In this document: positions 38,971 to 51,650 of the stretch, in pieces
Layout of the letters: every line of letters starts with the position of its first letter
Numbering within the stretch: the stretch's first letter is position 1
DNA from: Negaprion brevirostris
Taxonomy: Eukaryota
Assembly (NCBI GenBank): GCA_030324005.1
Contig: JARDVH010000025.1
Span: 74,355,676 to 74,419,675 of the forward strand
Length of the DNA stretch: 64,000 bases
Reading direction: 5' to 3'
Translations under genes and position numbers: made by a program
The notes under the pieces: model-generated
The model's input: the letters and a program-made list of their open reading frames with translations, nothing else
The model's database searches: none
What the model was told of the DNA's origin: nothing

Positions 38971-39589
38971 AATACAATTACCCGGAATTAGAACAGTTTT
39001 AATCCTTCCATCTCTCCCTGGGTAAATATTCTGGTAAGTGAATTGGAACCATCCAAAATCCCTGACTTTAACTCAGTTTCAGAGGGTTCCAGATGCAGGG
39101 GTTTACCCATTAGAAGCCAAACCTCATGGGCAATTCCTGTTTACAGTGCATGGTGATTTCCAAGGGGTCCCCAGCACATCATTGTGATACTTCCGGAATA
39201 TGACCATCCAAAGATCAGAAATTTTATGTCAGTATTTCTTCTTTGATTATATGATGTAGAAATATAGCTGGGTTTTTAGACAAAAATGAAAATGGCACAA
39301 TGGAAAATGGTGACTCAGTATATCTCATTAATGTCTGTGGTCTTGTAACATGTTAGGAAACTCTGAATCTGTATTACGAGAGAATTTACTGTTATTGGTT
39401 CATGTGTCATATTGTTCCTCTTCGGTGCTTGGATAAAATGGTTATAACTTTCCTACACTTGTCAGGTAATTAGAGAGTGGCAGTGTCTCAAAGCTAGCTG
39501 TGAATTGCAGTTAACAGTCCTTTCACCACTGGAAATGTTAAGGAAACAAAAGTGGTCAAGTTTATCTGTCAACTAATTTTCCAGATTAA

Positions 39590-39765
39590 CTGACCATTCA
39601 GCTCATCTGTTGTTTCTATTTGTGGGTCTTTGCTGTACTCACATTGTGTGCAATGTTGCTGGTATAACAATCATAACTACACTTCAAAATTAATTCACTA
39701 TCTGTACACTGCTTATAAACATGGATCGAATGCTAAAGATACTGTAGGAGAGCAAGTTTCTTTTT
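39590..39765 (+). mobile_element. Deu-domain SINE (SacSINE1/AmnSINE1-like) 3' remnant
   Basis: TTTGTGGGTCTTTGCTGT...ACAA.CA..ACTACACTTCAAAA.TAATTCA...GCAAGTTTCTTT resembles the recalled Deu domain and tail. Confidence 0.5.
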
Positions 39766-41714
39766 CAAGCAGTGAGAACATCAAAATTTAAGGATGACCA
39801 GTCACTTTGTAAAACTGCAATGAAACTAATTAAGGCAAGGTTTAAGTTTAATTGTAAGTGTGATGCTGTAAGCTAAAGTTTACAACTAATTTTCTTGATT
39901 TGATAAAATCTATTGCTATCACCGTATCCATACTATGCATGGGACAAAGCATTTCCTGGTCATTAGCTGCAGTTCAATTCTCAACAGATTTGAGGTAACA
40001 TTGTAATATTTGTCATATTTGTTTTTTTTAACATGACCACATATCAGGAACTCACAGAAAGCTGCTACCAACAAAAACAATGACTGAAAACAGTATGGCG
40101 ATTCCGGATAATAACATTAACAAATCTGCCCTAAGTAGCAAACTGCAAAAATGATAGCCAAGTTTATAATCTAATCCCATGAAGTTCCAGACGGTGCTTA
40201 AATAATGCTGGAAACTTTATCATTGCAGTTTACAGTGGCATCTGAACTGATAATCAGATTAATGTCTTACAAACATTCCTGGCTGTTCTCAATGTAATAC
40301 CACTCAGATTGAATTTTAAGGAATAATATTTTTCATTTGCTGTTGTGATCATGCAATTCTGCCACCAATAATCTGCAATAAAAGAATATGTAATTAGAAA
40401 ATGCTGCAAAATGGTTCTCCAACTATTTTAAGACGGTTGGCAATTTAAATGGAGTGAACCAAGCATTTTTCAACTGTGAATTCTTCACTACCAGCAGCCA
40501 AATCTCATTCCACAATCTTGTCACATGGTAGTTGTAAACGTGTTGTAGATAGTTATTATTCTGTTGCTTCAATCAGAATGAAGCTGGCTTACCTGTTTGG
40601 CGGAGGAACTCAAAAAATGGGCTAACACTAATTTTTATTTTTGAAGTATGCTCTTTATGAATAGGGTTTCAGTGTTCACTTATTTCAAAATAAAATGTAC
40701 GAGATCTTTAAGAAAAATATTGTAGAACTTCCTACCATAACTGAAGTATTCAGCCATTTGTAATAGAATTAACAATCTTTTTACATTTTGTTTTATTCCG
40801 TTTTGTTTTATTCTGTTTCATTTATGGGAAATTTCTTGACTGTAATTTCCAGAAAAGTGACGTAATAAATTTCAAGTTGTGTATGAAACTTCCAGTTTAA
40901 CCCATAATGATGAATGTTGAAAGTGTGACAGATTGATGGTGGTTCACTCATGTGTATCTGCACACAGGTCACGCACACAAACATTCACTCGTTCTCACAC
41001 TCACACCCTCAAGCACAATCATTCAAACATGCAGACACATTCACCCTTTATCATTCAAAAATTAGCAGGGGAACTATTTGATTCAATATTAGCATGATAA
41101 AATAGCGCAGTGCTATCGCCACTAGCATTTATAATGGTCAAGATTGAGATAGATTGCAAATCCATTCAAATAGATGGAGCTGTCTTTGCTTAACAGAGAC
41201 ATAATTTATGACTTTTGGGACTGGCTGTATCATTGTGATCTAGTTTAAAATAGAATTAACTTTTGAGAGCAGAACTTGCTACTTCAGCTCAGGCCGGAAA
41301 CAGTTGGTATTAGATTGACCATTTGTTATCTGCCTCCAATGAAAAGGAAAATTGAGCAGTGTGGATAACGGGTGGGGCCTAAAATGGACATAACGTTTTA
41401 TATTTTCAGTAAAGTTACAAATTCCAGAGTGAAATTTAGAAACTTTTTGTATTTGTATCAGATGTGACTGATTTTTTTTAACAATACTGATTAATTTGTC
41501 AATCCAGTACGTGATACTGAGCAGACTTTGAAATCCAAAGTGATAATGAAATTAAGAGTATTACACAAAACAAATTATATTTGTAGAGTACCTGTAATAA
41601 AATGCCCCAGGGCATTTCACAGGAGCAATATAGGGATACAGATTTCGTAAAGGATTCTCTGGCTGCTCCAGCCACATATCCATGCTATCTGTTGAGACCA
41701 GCTACTACCAGACT

Positions 41715-42625
41715 GCACCTCTGCCTCAGCCCATCCATGTATTTATATAGCCTTTGTATTTATATAGTGCCTTAGCTACATGTACACTACTCCAATGCAC
41801 TTCTAGCCTCCCACATTCCACCCTTCATAAATCTGAGATGATCCAAAACTCTGCTGCCTATGTCCTTAATCTAAGTCCTATTCATTCATCCATTATTTCT
41901 GTGCTCACTGACATATATATTTGCCCACAGATGCACAACATCTTGACTTTTAAAGTGCTAATCCATGTTTCTGACTTCTATACAGACTTTCAAATCCAAA
42001 GTGATAGTGAATTTAAGAGTACTACATAAAACAAATTGCATTCCTTCCTTACCTCACTTACTTAACTTTATAGTAGGATTTAACACTGCCTCATTGAATG
42101 ACACAAATTAGATTTTGATCCTAAAAAGTAAAAATTGTCTTTATATAAGGTGTTGCCTGGTTAGGAGGTGGAAAATTTCCAAATTTAATCAGGAATTTAA
42201 TAATTGTATATCCAAAAGTAAGAGTTGTTGAGAATAAAGCTCCCTTCCTCTTGCTTCTGTGTTTGTTTAGCTCTGTTATCTCCCAGTCAAGTCACATCTT
42301 GATTTAAGAATTCTCCTCCTTGTTTTCACATCCCTTCTATGGTCTCACTTCTCCCTAATTCTCGTAATCTCCTTCAGCCCTCCACAATCTTCTGAGATGT
42401 CTGTGCTCCTCTAACACTGGCCTCCTGGACTCACGAGCATCCCAGAGTTTAATCGCTCTACCACTGATGACTGCACCTTCAGCTGCCTAGACCCTAAGCT
42501 CTCAAATACCCACCCGTCAATGCTCCCTCTCTTTATCTCTCTGCCCTGGTGTCATATTTTATTTTCTAACACTCCTTGGGCGAAGCAACTTGGGATATTT
42601 TATTACCTTCGATGCACTATATGCT
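41715..42625 (+). mobile_element. Two L2-clade LINE fragments (~41715-41970 and ~42280-42625)
   Basis: ORF LPHSTLHKSEMIQNSAAYVL...ISVLTD..FKVLI; second piece colinear with 3770-4070. Confidence 0.7.
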
Positions 42626-42852
42626 CGTCTTGGATGTGCCACTCTAGAATTGCTCATCAATGTTGGACTTTAGAACACAATACTAAGTGATAAGTTGGTA
42701 ACATGAAAGAAAGTTTTACTAGATAATTTACATTAATCAGTAATATCAGTTCTTGTTAGCAAATTAGGCTTCATTTGGCTCTTCCTCTGTGTTGGCCCAT
42801 TATTTAATGAATTACATGGACAATGTTTTTGAAATCTGAATTGAAGCAAATG

Positions 42853-43630
42853 ATAAGAACATAAGAAATAGGAGCAGGAGTAGGCCATCTAGCCCTTCGA
42901 GCCTGCCCCGCCATTCAACAAGATCATGGNNNNNNNNNNNNNNNNNNNNNNNNNNNNNNNNNNNNNNNNNNNNNNNNNNNNNNNNNNNNNNNNNNNNNNN
43001 NNNNNNNNNNNNNNNNNNNNNNNNNNNNNNNNNNNNNNNNNNNNNNNNNNNNNNNNNNNNNNNNNNNNNNNNNNNNNNNNNNNNNNNNNNNNNNNNNNNN
43101 NNNNNNNNNNNNNNNNNNNNNNNNNNNNNNNNNNNNNNNNNNNNNNNNNNNNNNNNNNNNNNNNNNNNNNNNNNNNNNNNNNNNNNNNNNNNNNNNNNNN
43201 NNNNNNNNNNNNNNNNNNNNNNNNNNNNNNNNNNNNNNNNNNNNNNNNNNNNNNNNNNNNNNNNNNNNNNNNNNNNNNNNNNNNNNNNNNNNNNNNNNNN
43301 NNNNNNNNNNNNNNNNNNNNNNNNNNNNNNNNNNNNNNNNNNNNNNNNNNNNNNNNNNNNNNNNNNNNNNNNNNNNNNNNNNNNNNNNNNNNNNNNNNNN
43401 NNNNNNNNNNNNNNNNNNNNNNNNNNNNNNNNNNNNNNNNNNNNNNNNNNNNNNNNNNNNNNNNNNNNNNNNNNNNNNNNNNNNNNNNNNNNNNNNNNNN
43501 NNNNNNNNNNNNNNTGATCACCTGCTGCACCTGCAGACTGAGTTTTTGCGATTCGTGCACAAGGACCCCCAGGTCCCTCTGCACAGTAGCAAGCTGCAAC
43601 TTTTTACCATTTAAATAATATTCCATCCTA
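42853..43630 (-). mobile_element. CR1 LINE 3' fragment (mostly N gap)
   Basis: (ATAAGAAC) tail antisense to 29490-29570; YYLNGKKLQLATVQRDLGVLVHESQKLSLQVQQV. Confidence 0.9.
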
Positions 43631-43882
43631 TTATTAGGATCCATCCTATTATTATTCCATCCTACTATTAGGATTAAATCTGAGAATTTCAGCCAGTTTA
43701 CGAGATAATTTATTTCTTTAATAAAAGAAAGTCAATGTTGAGTTATAGCATTTAAATATTTCCATAAGTCTATGAGAAATACTATTTCCCTGTGAAGCTG
43801 TGCATCCATGACGTTGGTAATCATGGATGAAATGTTGTGATGAGTTTGTCAACAAAAGGAAGTGACTGAGAGTTATTTATTA

Positions 43883-44136
43883 TTGTGAAATTCGAATTCA
43901 ATTTAAAAAATCTGGAATTAAAAGCCTAATGATGACCATGAAACCATTGTCGATTATTGTAAAAACCCATCTGAGTTCACTAATGTCCTTTGGGAAGGAA
44001 ATCTGCCGTTCTGACCTGGTCTGGCCTACAGAGCCACAGCGATGTGGTTAACTCTTAATCCCCTCAGGGATGGCCAACAAATGCTGGCTCAGCCAGCAAT
44101 GCCCACACCCCACCCCATGAACAAAGAAAAATAAAA
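43883..44136 (+). mobile_element. SINE family B, 5'-truncated
   Basis: GAATTCAAT...ATCTGGAATTAAAAG...GATGACCATGAAACCATTG...GGAAATCTGCC...GGGATGG..AA.AAATGCTGG; homologous to 47425-47878. Confidence 0.8.
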
Positions 44137-44227
44137 CTTACTTTGGAGCTGTTGTATGAGCCTCATCAGTTGCATTTTAAGGCTTTTGATACATTGCTTC
44201 AAGCAGTTTGTCTTCTTTGGGATTAGA

Positions 44228-44468
44228 GGTTAGCACTGCTGCCCGTTAATGCCAGGGATCCAGGTTTGATTCAGGTCTTGGGTGATGACCTGTGTTGAGT
44301 TTGCCCGTTCTCTTTGTGTCTGCATGGGTTTCCATCAGGTGCTCTAGTTTCTTGCAAAGATGTGCAGGTTAGGTGGATTAGCATGCTGAATTGCCTATTA
44401 ATGTCCAGGGTGGTTAGGTGAATTAGCCATGGTAAAAACATGGGGCTATGGGAATGGAGTGGGTGATG
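44228..44468 (+). mobile_element. HE1-like V-SINE (decayed)
   Basis: GGTTAGCACTGCTGCC head and AAAGATGTGCAGGTTAGGTGGATT core. Confidence 0.8.
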
Positions 44469-44469
44469 C

Positions 44470-45135
44470 TAGGGAAGTGCAAATAGTGGTCTTGATGATG
44501 GCATGAACATGGTGTCAGAAACTCATCTTGAGGCCAGATTTGGCACCAAGATTGCGCACAGAGCCTGTTTATTCTCAGACTATTGCCAAGGAGAAGAATG
44601 GAGTCAGAAACTAGGGAACAGAGTTTGGAGCAGGGATGGAAAACAATGGTTTCAGTCTTCCTGGGGTTTAATTGGAGAAATGTTCTGGTCATCCATTACT
44701 GGATATTGGATAAGCCATCTGATGTTGCAGTAGTGTAGGAGTCAAGCAGTGTGGTTGTGGGATAGAGTTGGGTAGCATTAGTACACACGCGTCAATTAAT
44801 CCTGTGCTTTTGGATCATTTTGTCGAGGCAACATTTGAATGAGAAATGGGAGGGGACCAAGGATAGATTCTTGGGGGACACCAATGGCCATAGTGTGGGT
44901 TTAGGGCAAGAACAATTGCAAGTGATTCTCTGGCCATGACTAGATAGATAGGAATGGAGCCAGATGAGAGTAGTTCCACTTATTTGGACACTGTGGAGAG
45001 ATGTTAGAGGAGGATGACGTGCTGAACCTTCTCCAGGTTGAAATGGTTGAGGAGGGAAAGTTGGCTTTTGTCACAATCATTAGTGACTTTGATATGATTT
45101 CTCTTGGCACAATAGCAGGGGAGGAAAGCTGATCA
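44470..45135 (-). mobile_element. L2-clade LINE internal fragment (RT C-terminal half)
   Basis: ORF 44423-44692 MTRTFLQLNPRKTETIVF matches the L2 'WM..NFLQLN..KTE' motif; antisense of GVPQ.SILGP at ~44850-44882. Confidence 0.75.
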
Positions 45136-46366
45136 GTGCAATTCAAATATGTAGTTCTGAACATATCTAAACAGTACACTGGTGATCTCATCAGCAAATT
45201 GTGCACAAGTGAAAATTAAAACGATGTGGTGGGGATGGCAGGGGTATTATTAAAAAGGAATGTCACAGTTGATTGACAAGAGTACAGAAGGATTTTGGAG
45301 ATGGCAAGCCCATGAGCATTTGCCAAGGATGAGGAGCAGCGGTCTATCGGAAAATTAGGTAGAAATTAAGTTGTGCCTCAGTAGGCCAGTCGCAGAATAA
45401 CCCAGCAGCCAAACCTGCTATTAAATGACTGCTAAGGTGGAGATTTTGTGACATGAATTGGTTGTAAGGCTGGTGATCCTGTGCAACAGGTGTTCTCCAC
45501 CATCACATTGCATTCTACCTCATTTTCATTTGGCAGAGGCCAAAATGGAATAAGCAGCAGGCTGCCCATCAGCACAGTGACATTCACATGTCCCACCTCC
45601 ATCAGATGAGATTATCTAAGAAAGTGTGGAGAACTCAAAAATGCAAGTATCTGTTTTTTTAACTGAACGAGCCAAAGGACCATTGGAAATAGGAGGCCTA
45701 TTTGTGAACAGCCGTCTTGAAGTGAGCAGCCAGAGCCTCCTTATTCTGCAGCAGCAGTTGTCTTTATTTCTGGCTTCTGGTTGAAACTTCCTGTGAAGGC
45801 AGACAATCTGAAACATAGAATTGTAGGTCAGGTCAGGTCGGCTGATCGTACTTTGGGTGCACTCTGTCTGACTTCCACTAGAGCTTAAAGAATGTGAGAA
45901 ACCACCTTAGTGAAAAGCATGGCAATTGAAAATAAGCTTTTTCTTAGGAAAGTGTTTTTTCACAATATGAGATGACACTACTTTGTGCAAACTTATTTTC
46001 TCGTGCAATTTAGTTACCTTTTTCACACTGGTGTAATTTTTATGATATGCCAGTTCATTTAAAAATGATCACCTGCGCCACTATATTCAGTATTTATAAT
46101 GTAGGCATTAGGTTAGAAAATTCATTAACAAGTAGATCGATGGTGAGTTGGTATACTCTCCCATTTCCATTTAAAAGGTCTAGCATCAGATTTTAGTAGC
46201 ACAAACATAATTGATAGACAGATTCAATATCTTTCAGCAATATCTGCTTATGTTGACCTTAAATTGGAGTCAACCTGATGATAATAGAAGTAATTTTTTT
46301 TCATTCATGGGATATGAGTGTTGCTGGCCAGGATAGCGTTTATTGACCATCCCTAATTGCTCTTTA

Positions 46367-46662
46367 GGGCAGCACAGTGGTTAGCACTGCTGCCTCACAG
46401 TGCCAAGGATCCAAGTTCAACTCTGGCCTCGGATAACTGTCCGTGTGGAGTTTGCACGTACTCACCATGTCTGTGTAGGTTTCCTGCAAGTGCCCCAAAG
46501 TGCAAAGATGTGCAGGTTAGATGGATTGGCCAGAATAAATTGCCTCTTAGTGTCCCAAGAGTTATAGGTTAGATGGATTTGCTATGGAAAGTGTGTGGGG
46601 TTATGGGAGAGGGCCTGAGTGAGGTATTCTGTCAGTGTAGACTCAATTGACCGATTCTATGA
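46367..46662 (+). mobile_element. HE1-like V-SINE inserted in family B tail
   Basis: GGGCAGCACAGTGGTTAGCACTGCTGCCTCACAGTGCCA head; GATTCTATGA tail. Confidence 0.85.
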
Positions 46663-47337
46663 CTAAGAAATTGATGAAACCGTTGCAATCCATGTCGTGT
46701 AGGTATACCCGTAATGCTGTTAGGGAATTCTAAGGTTTTGACTCAGTCACAGTGAAAGAACGGCAATATATTTCCAAATCAGGATGATGAGTGGCTTGGG
46801 GGGAAACTTGCAAGTGGTGGTGTTCCCATGTGGTCGTCTGCTCTTGTCCTTTTGTATGTCAGTGGTCTTGATCTGGAAGATGCTGCCTAAGAGCCTTGGT
46901 GAGTTCCTGCATTACATCTTGGAGATGGTACACACTGCTGTCACCGATCATCGGTGGTGGAAGGAGTGAATGTTTGTAGATGGGATGCCACTCAATTGGC
47001 TTGCTTTTTCCTGGATGGTGTCAAGCTTATTGAGTGTTACTGGAGCTGCCCTCATCCAGGCAAGTGGAGAGTATTTCATTACAGTCCTGACTTCTGCCTT
47101 GTCAGTGGAAGACAGTATTTTGGGACTCAGGTGGTGAGATACTTGCTACAGACTCCCTAGCTTCTGACATGTTCTTATAGCCACAATATTCATATGGCTA
47201 GTCCAGTTCAGTTTCTGGTCAACAGTAACCCATAGAATATTCATAATTGGGGCACCAGTGATGGCACTGAATGTCGTGGGGAGTTGGTTAGATTCTCTCA
47301 TTAGAGATGGTCATTACCTGGCACTTGTGAGAGGTGA

Positions 47338-47878
47338 GGGAGGGGCGTAGTGGTATTGTTACTAATCCAGTGACTCAGTTTAATACTCAAGGGATCTGAA
47401 TTTGAATCCCAACACAGCAGGTAGTGGAATTTGAATTCAGTAAATATCTGGAAATAAAAGTAATGATGATCATAAAACCATTAACCATTGTTGTAAAAAT
47501 CCATCTCGTTCACTAATCTCCTTTAGGGAAAAAAATCTGCTGTCCTTACCTGGTATTGCCTACAGGTAACTTCAGACCCAGAGTGACTCTTAAATGCCTG
47601 CTGAAATGGCCTAGCAAGCCACTCAGTTGTATCAAACCACTAACAGCAAATTTGCATTGACTTTAGCACCAGGACAAAGTGACACACAGTGATGCTGTTC
47701 CTTCACTGTCACTGGGTCAAAATCCTGGAACTCCCTAACAGCTCTCTGGGTGTACATACATCCCATGGACTGCAGCAGTTCAAGAAGGAAGCTCACCACC
47801 ACCTTCTGAAAGGCAACTAGGGATGGGTAATAAATGCTGGCCTGGCCAGTGATACCCATAGTCCATGAATAATAAAAA
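47338..47878 (+). mobile_element. SINE family B, near full length
   Basis: A-box-like GGCGTAGTGG and B-box-like ATTTGAATCCC; the 3' ~190 bp matches the family B LINE tail; A-rich end. Confidence 0.75.
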
Positions 47879-48924
47879 TGTTACGAGCACATGTTAGCCT
47901 AAGCCTAAATATTAGGACTTTGCTGCATTTGGACATGAACTGCTTCAGTATCTGAGGAGTTGAGAATGATGCTGAACATTGTGCAAACATCAGAGAATAT
48001 TCCCACTTCACTGGACGCAACCATCTTCAGCTGCTTCATCGATGACCTTATGATGGAAGGAAGGCCAACAATGAAGCAACTGAAGATGGTTGTGCCTAAA
48101 TCACAGCCCTACTCTCCTGTTGTGATACTTGACCTTCAACAACTATCTTCCTTTGTCCTAGGCAACCAGTGGAGAGTTTTCCCCCTGATTTCCATTGACA
48201 TCTATTTTGCTAGGACTCCATGATGCCACACTTGGTCACATGCTGCCATGATGTCAAGGGCAGTCACTCTCACCTCACCTCTGATGTTCAGCTATTTTGT
48301 CCATGATTGAATCAAGGCTGGAGTGAGGTCAGGAGTTGAATGATCCTGGTGGAACTCAAACTGAGCATCAGTGTGTAGGTTACTATTAAGTGCTGGTTGA
48401 TAGCGCTATTGATGACCACTTTACTAATGATTGAGAATAGACTGATGGAGCTGTAATCAGCTGGGTTGGATTTGCCCTACCTTTTATGTATAGGACATAT
48501 CTGGGCCCAATNNNNNNAAAGACAAATAACTTCTAAAGAGACATTTGAACATCCTGTTATCAGCTACAAAAATGACACCAACATTTTGCATTCTTAAAAT
48601 TTTTTACTGTATCAAATGTCAAAAAAAACCACTTTGACTAAACATTATTTTCTTAAGTAAGCAACCTAAACTTTAAATTGTAGAATCAAACAGTTTCTTG
48701 TTACCTGTCACTGTCCTCAGAATTGCAAATAGTAACAAATAGTTCATACTTGCGCCCTACTTTCAGTGAAGATTGCTTCCTTTCTCCTTTCCCAGCCNNN
48801 NNNNNNNTCACTGTGAGGATTACATTCTAGATTTATTTCTCCAAGGTAGGCAAATATTCCAGTTTCTTTTCTGTCTTCATGAACTCAGTCTTCACACTAC
48901 GTTCACCTGATTAATTACTGGGAT

Positions 48925-49351
48925 GTCAGGATTGTTTAATGCAGAGAGATTAAAGAAGCTGGGCTCATATTTCTAGTGTTTCCAAGAATGAGAGGTGATC
49001 TTATTGAAGCTTAAAGAATTCTTACAGAAGTTGACAGGGTAGGTATAAATAGGATGTTCCCCCTTGCTGTTGAAGGCACATTCTCTGAATATGTGACAGA
49101 CCATTTAGGACTGGGATGAGGAGGAATGTCTTCATTCAGTGAATGATGAATCTTTGGAATTCGGACTATAGAAGCTCAATCATTGAGCAAGTCCAAGACA
49201 GAAATCGATAGATTTCTAGATACTAATGACATCTAGGAACATGGAGATAGCACAATAAATTGGCTTTAAGGTAAATAATCAGCCATAATGTCAATTGATG
49301 GAGGAGCAGGCTTGATGGGCTATATGGCCTATGCCTACTCCTGTGTTCCTA
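48925..49351 (+). mobile_element. Decayed CR1 3' fragment
   Basis: AGAATGAGAGGTGATCTTATTGAAG (RMRGDLIE); GATGGGCTATATGGCCTATGCCTACTCCTG tail. Confidence 0.75.
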
Positions 49352-49608
49352 AACTGGGCACAAACTCCCAGCCATGTTCTGCATGATAGAGTCAGCACTT
49401 TCTCTCCTTAAGGTACAGACCTGTTTAATTCTATCTTGTCTTGCTTTCTACCTGTCACTTATCTGCAGACCACACAGGACAAAACTGCAACTTCCTTCTG
49501 CCTGTGATATTCTCAGGTTTATTAGGATTCCTGTAATCCAATCTCAGAATGGCTTTTTAACTCTCTTATCCATGGTAACAAGCATCATATTAGCTTTGTA
49601 CTCAAGTA

Positions 49609-50045
49609 GAAATAGAATCATAGAAACTCCACAGTGTAGAAAGAGGCCATTTGGCCCATCAAATCTGTACTGACCACAATCCNNNNNNNNNNNNNNNNNN
49701 NNNNNNNNNNNNNNNNNNNNNNNNNNNNNNNNNNNNNNNNNNNNNNNNNNNNNNNNNNNNNNNNNNNNNNNNNNNNNNNNNNTATCCCCTTATCCCTACA
49801 TATTTACCCGCTAATCCCTCTAACCTACGGACCTCAGGACTCTAAGGGGCAATTTTTAGCATCGCCAATCAACTTAACCCGCACATCTTTGGACTGTGGG
49901 AGGAAATCAGAGCACCCGGGGAAACTCACGTAGACACGAGGAGAACGTGCAACCTCCAGACAGACAGTGATCCAATCTGGGAGTCGAACCCAGGTCCCTG
50001 GAGCTGTGAAGCAGCATTGCTAACTCCTGTGCTCCCATGCCGCCC
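49609..50045 (-). mobile_element. HE1-like V-SINE (100-N gap inside)
   Basis: (ATAGAATC) tail; antisense core CACATCTTTGGACTGTGGGAGGAAA; B-box GGGTTCGACTCC. Confidence 0.85.
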
Positions 50046-50699
50046 TTGCTAATCAGTTACTTTGATCGCAACTGTTGTTCATCTTGGAAGTAATGGGATA
50101 CATTCCAGCCCAATTGTTTACACCTTGATATTGATACCACCGTCAGGAGATGCAGAATACACATTGGAGATCTATGAACAGTTGTCTTTGCTCCCAAATG
50201 TAAATACCTTCCACCACTCTGTCAATAAAACAATGAGTTTTCTTCTGTTCTCTAACACTTAAATCACCCAGGCTTACTGTCAACATATGTTCTTTAACAT
50301 AAGTTAAAAGTCCCAAACTATAATACTGTTATAAATCAAAAGACATTGACCTAAAACATTATAATCCTTTAAATTTCATAAGTGTAACAAGTTGAATAGT
50401 TTAATGCTAAGTGTGATCTCCAAGGCATGTTGCAGCATATTTTGGGTATAATTGTGTTTATGTATAAAAATCTGTCATTAAAGGTAATGGTAGGACATGA
50501 TTAAAAAATGTCTGAAAGTTGTGATTAGTGAGAGATTCACCCGGCTTCTCCTGAGGAAGAAGCGAATCAAAGTCAGGAAGAAATCCAAGTCACGTTAATT
50601 TAAGATGGTGCCGGTCCCCAGCATACCTTCTAATTCTAACTTTTACTCTGAAATTATTCTAACTCTTTTAAACTCCCCAACAATGCTCTATTTATCCAT

Positions 50700-50862
50700 C
50701 TTACATTAAGTTGCTCCTCCCCTACACCCTAGCTATGATTGTAACACTAGCCCTCCTTTCCTTCTTCCCTATGTACTCTATGAATGGCATGCTTTGTCTG
50801 TATAGTGCGCAAGAAACGCACTTTTCACTGTATTCCAATACGTGTGACAATAAATCAAATCA
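50700..50862 (+). mobile_element. Retroposon 3' tail (possibly Rex1/Babar-related)
   Basis: CTTTTCACTGTATTCCAATACGTGTGACAATAAATCAAATCA resembles fish Rex1-type 3' ends. Confidence 0.45.
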
Positions 50863-50954
50863 TGTTCATTTTATAAAGGGTATTAAACGGAGGGAATGAA
50901 ATCACCAGACAGAAACTAGAATCACCTAAATGTATAGAGGAAGAATTTTTTTTT

Positions 50955-51095
50955 TCATTGAAGTTTACAACATCGAAACAGACCTTTTGGCCCAACTTGT
51001 CCATGCCACCCAATTTTTACCACTAAGCTATTCCCAATTGCCTCCATTTGACCCATATCCTTTTATACTCATTTTACCCATGTAACTGTCTAAAT
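50955..51095 (-). mobile_element. CR1 3' tail fragment
   Basis: Reverse complement of 8705-8845 (TTTAGACAGTTACATGGGTAA...GCATGGACAAGTT). Confidence 0.85.
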
Positions 51096-51289
51096 ATGAA
51101 ATTAATGAAGCCTCAAGTTGAAAATATCTGCCACTAATGGAGAAGGTCCAAAGATTATCATATAAAATGTATCAAAACTGTTAAAACTGGAAATTCCATA
51201 TACCACATAGCCTGAAACCATGTAGAAACTGGTTTGATCTGTGGTCTACAGAGTAACTAATATTGTAAGGCCTTCTTTGCCCGACGCAT

Positions 51290-51650
51290 GCTGAAAACAG
51301 GAAGTGGGGGTGGTTTCTGTAAATGACAGGAGAATGCATATTTAAAATTGACAGGAAATGCAAAACTACTTTGAAGTGTAGGAAAAAAGACAGCACAGAA
51401 GTGTGCATCTTTGCAGCATCTTCGGGGAATTGGCTCATCGGTGAAAATATTTGGGCTTTTGTTCCATATAATGGTATGTCAGACCTAACCATTGAGTTTA
51501 TTTTAGCTACAAGTCTTTTTAATGTATGTTTTTCCTGTCACAGATATTTAACTAAAACTCCATCAACTTTATGATGTCTGATTAGTTTTTCTACAGCAAG
51601 CTTTAACGATCTCGCTGGTTTCCAACACGTTCACTCTTCAAACAGTTAAG
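51290..51650 (+). promoter_or_regulatory. Candidate promoter with two short non-coding exons
   Basis: ETS-like sites at 51297 and 51351, RUNX-like GGTGGTTT at 51309. Donor ATG|GTATGT at 51474, acceptor TTTTTCCTGTCACAG ending 51543, donor AAG|GTCAGG at 51651. Motif-based only. Confidence 0.35.

Larger units (their letters stand above)
46293..48511 (-). mobile_element. Non-LTR retrotransposon family B 3' portion, carrying nested SINE insertions
   Basis: Tail at 46293-46360; antisense RT-region remnants (LDIMAACDQVWH ~48220-48260; MFAQCS ORF 47817-48020). Clade not assigned with confidence. Confidence 0.7.

Noticed and set aside
45616-45840. Minus-strand acceptor plus ORF, and an AGGTCAGGTCAGGTC nuclear-receptor-like repeat
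   Set aside because: No donor or protein similarity; the short motif alone is insufficient.
50401-50422. TTAATGCTAAGTGTGAT, similar to the 5' part of miR-155
   Set aside because: The 3' half diverges and there is no convincing precursor hairpin.
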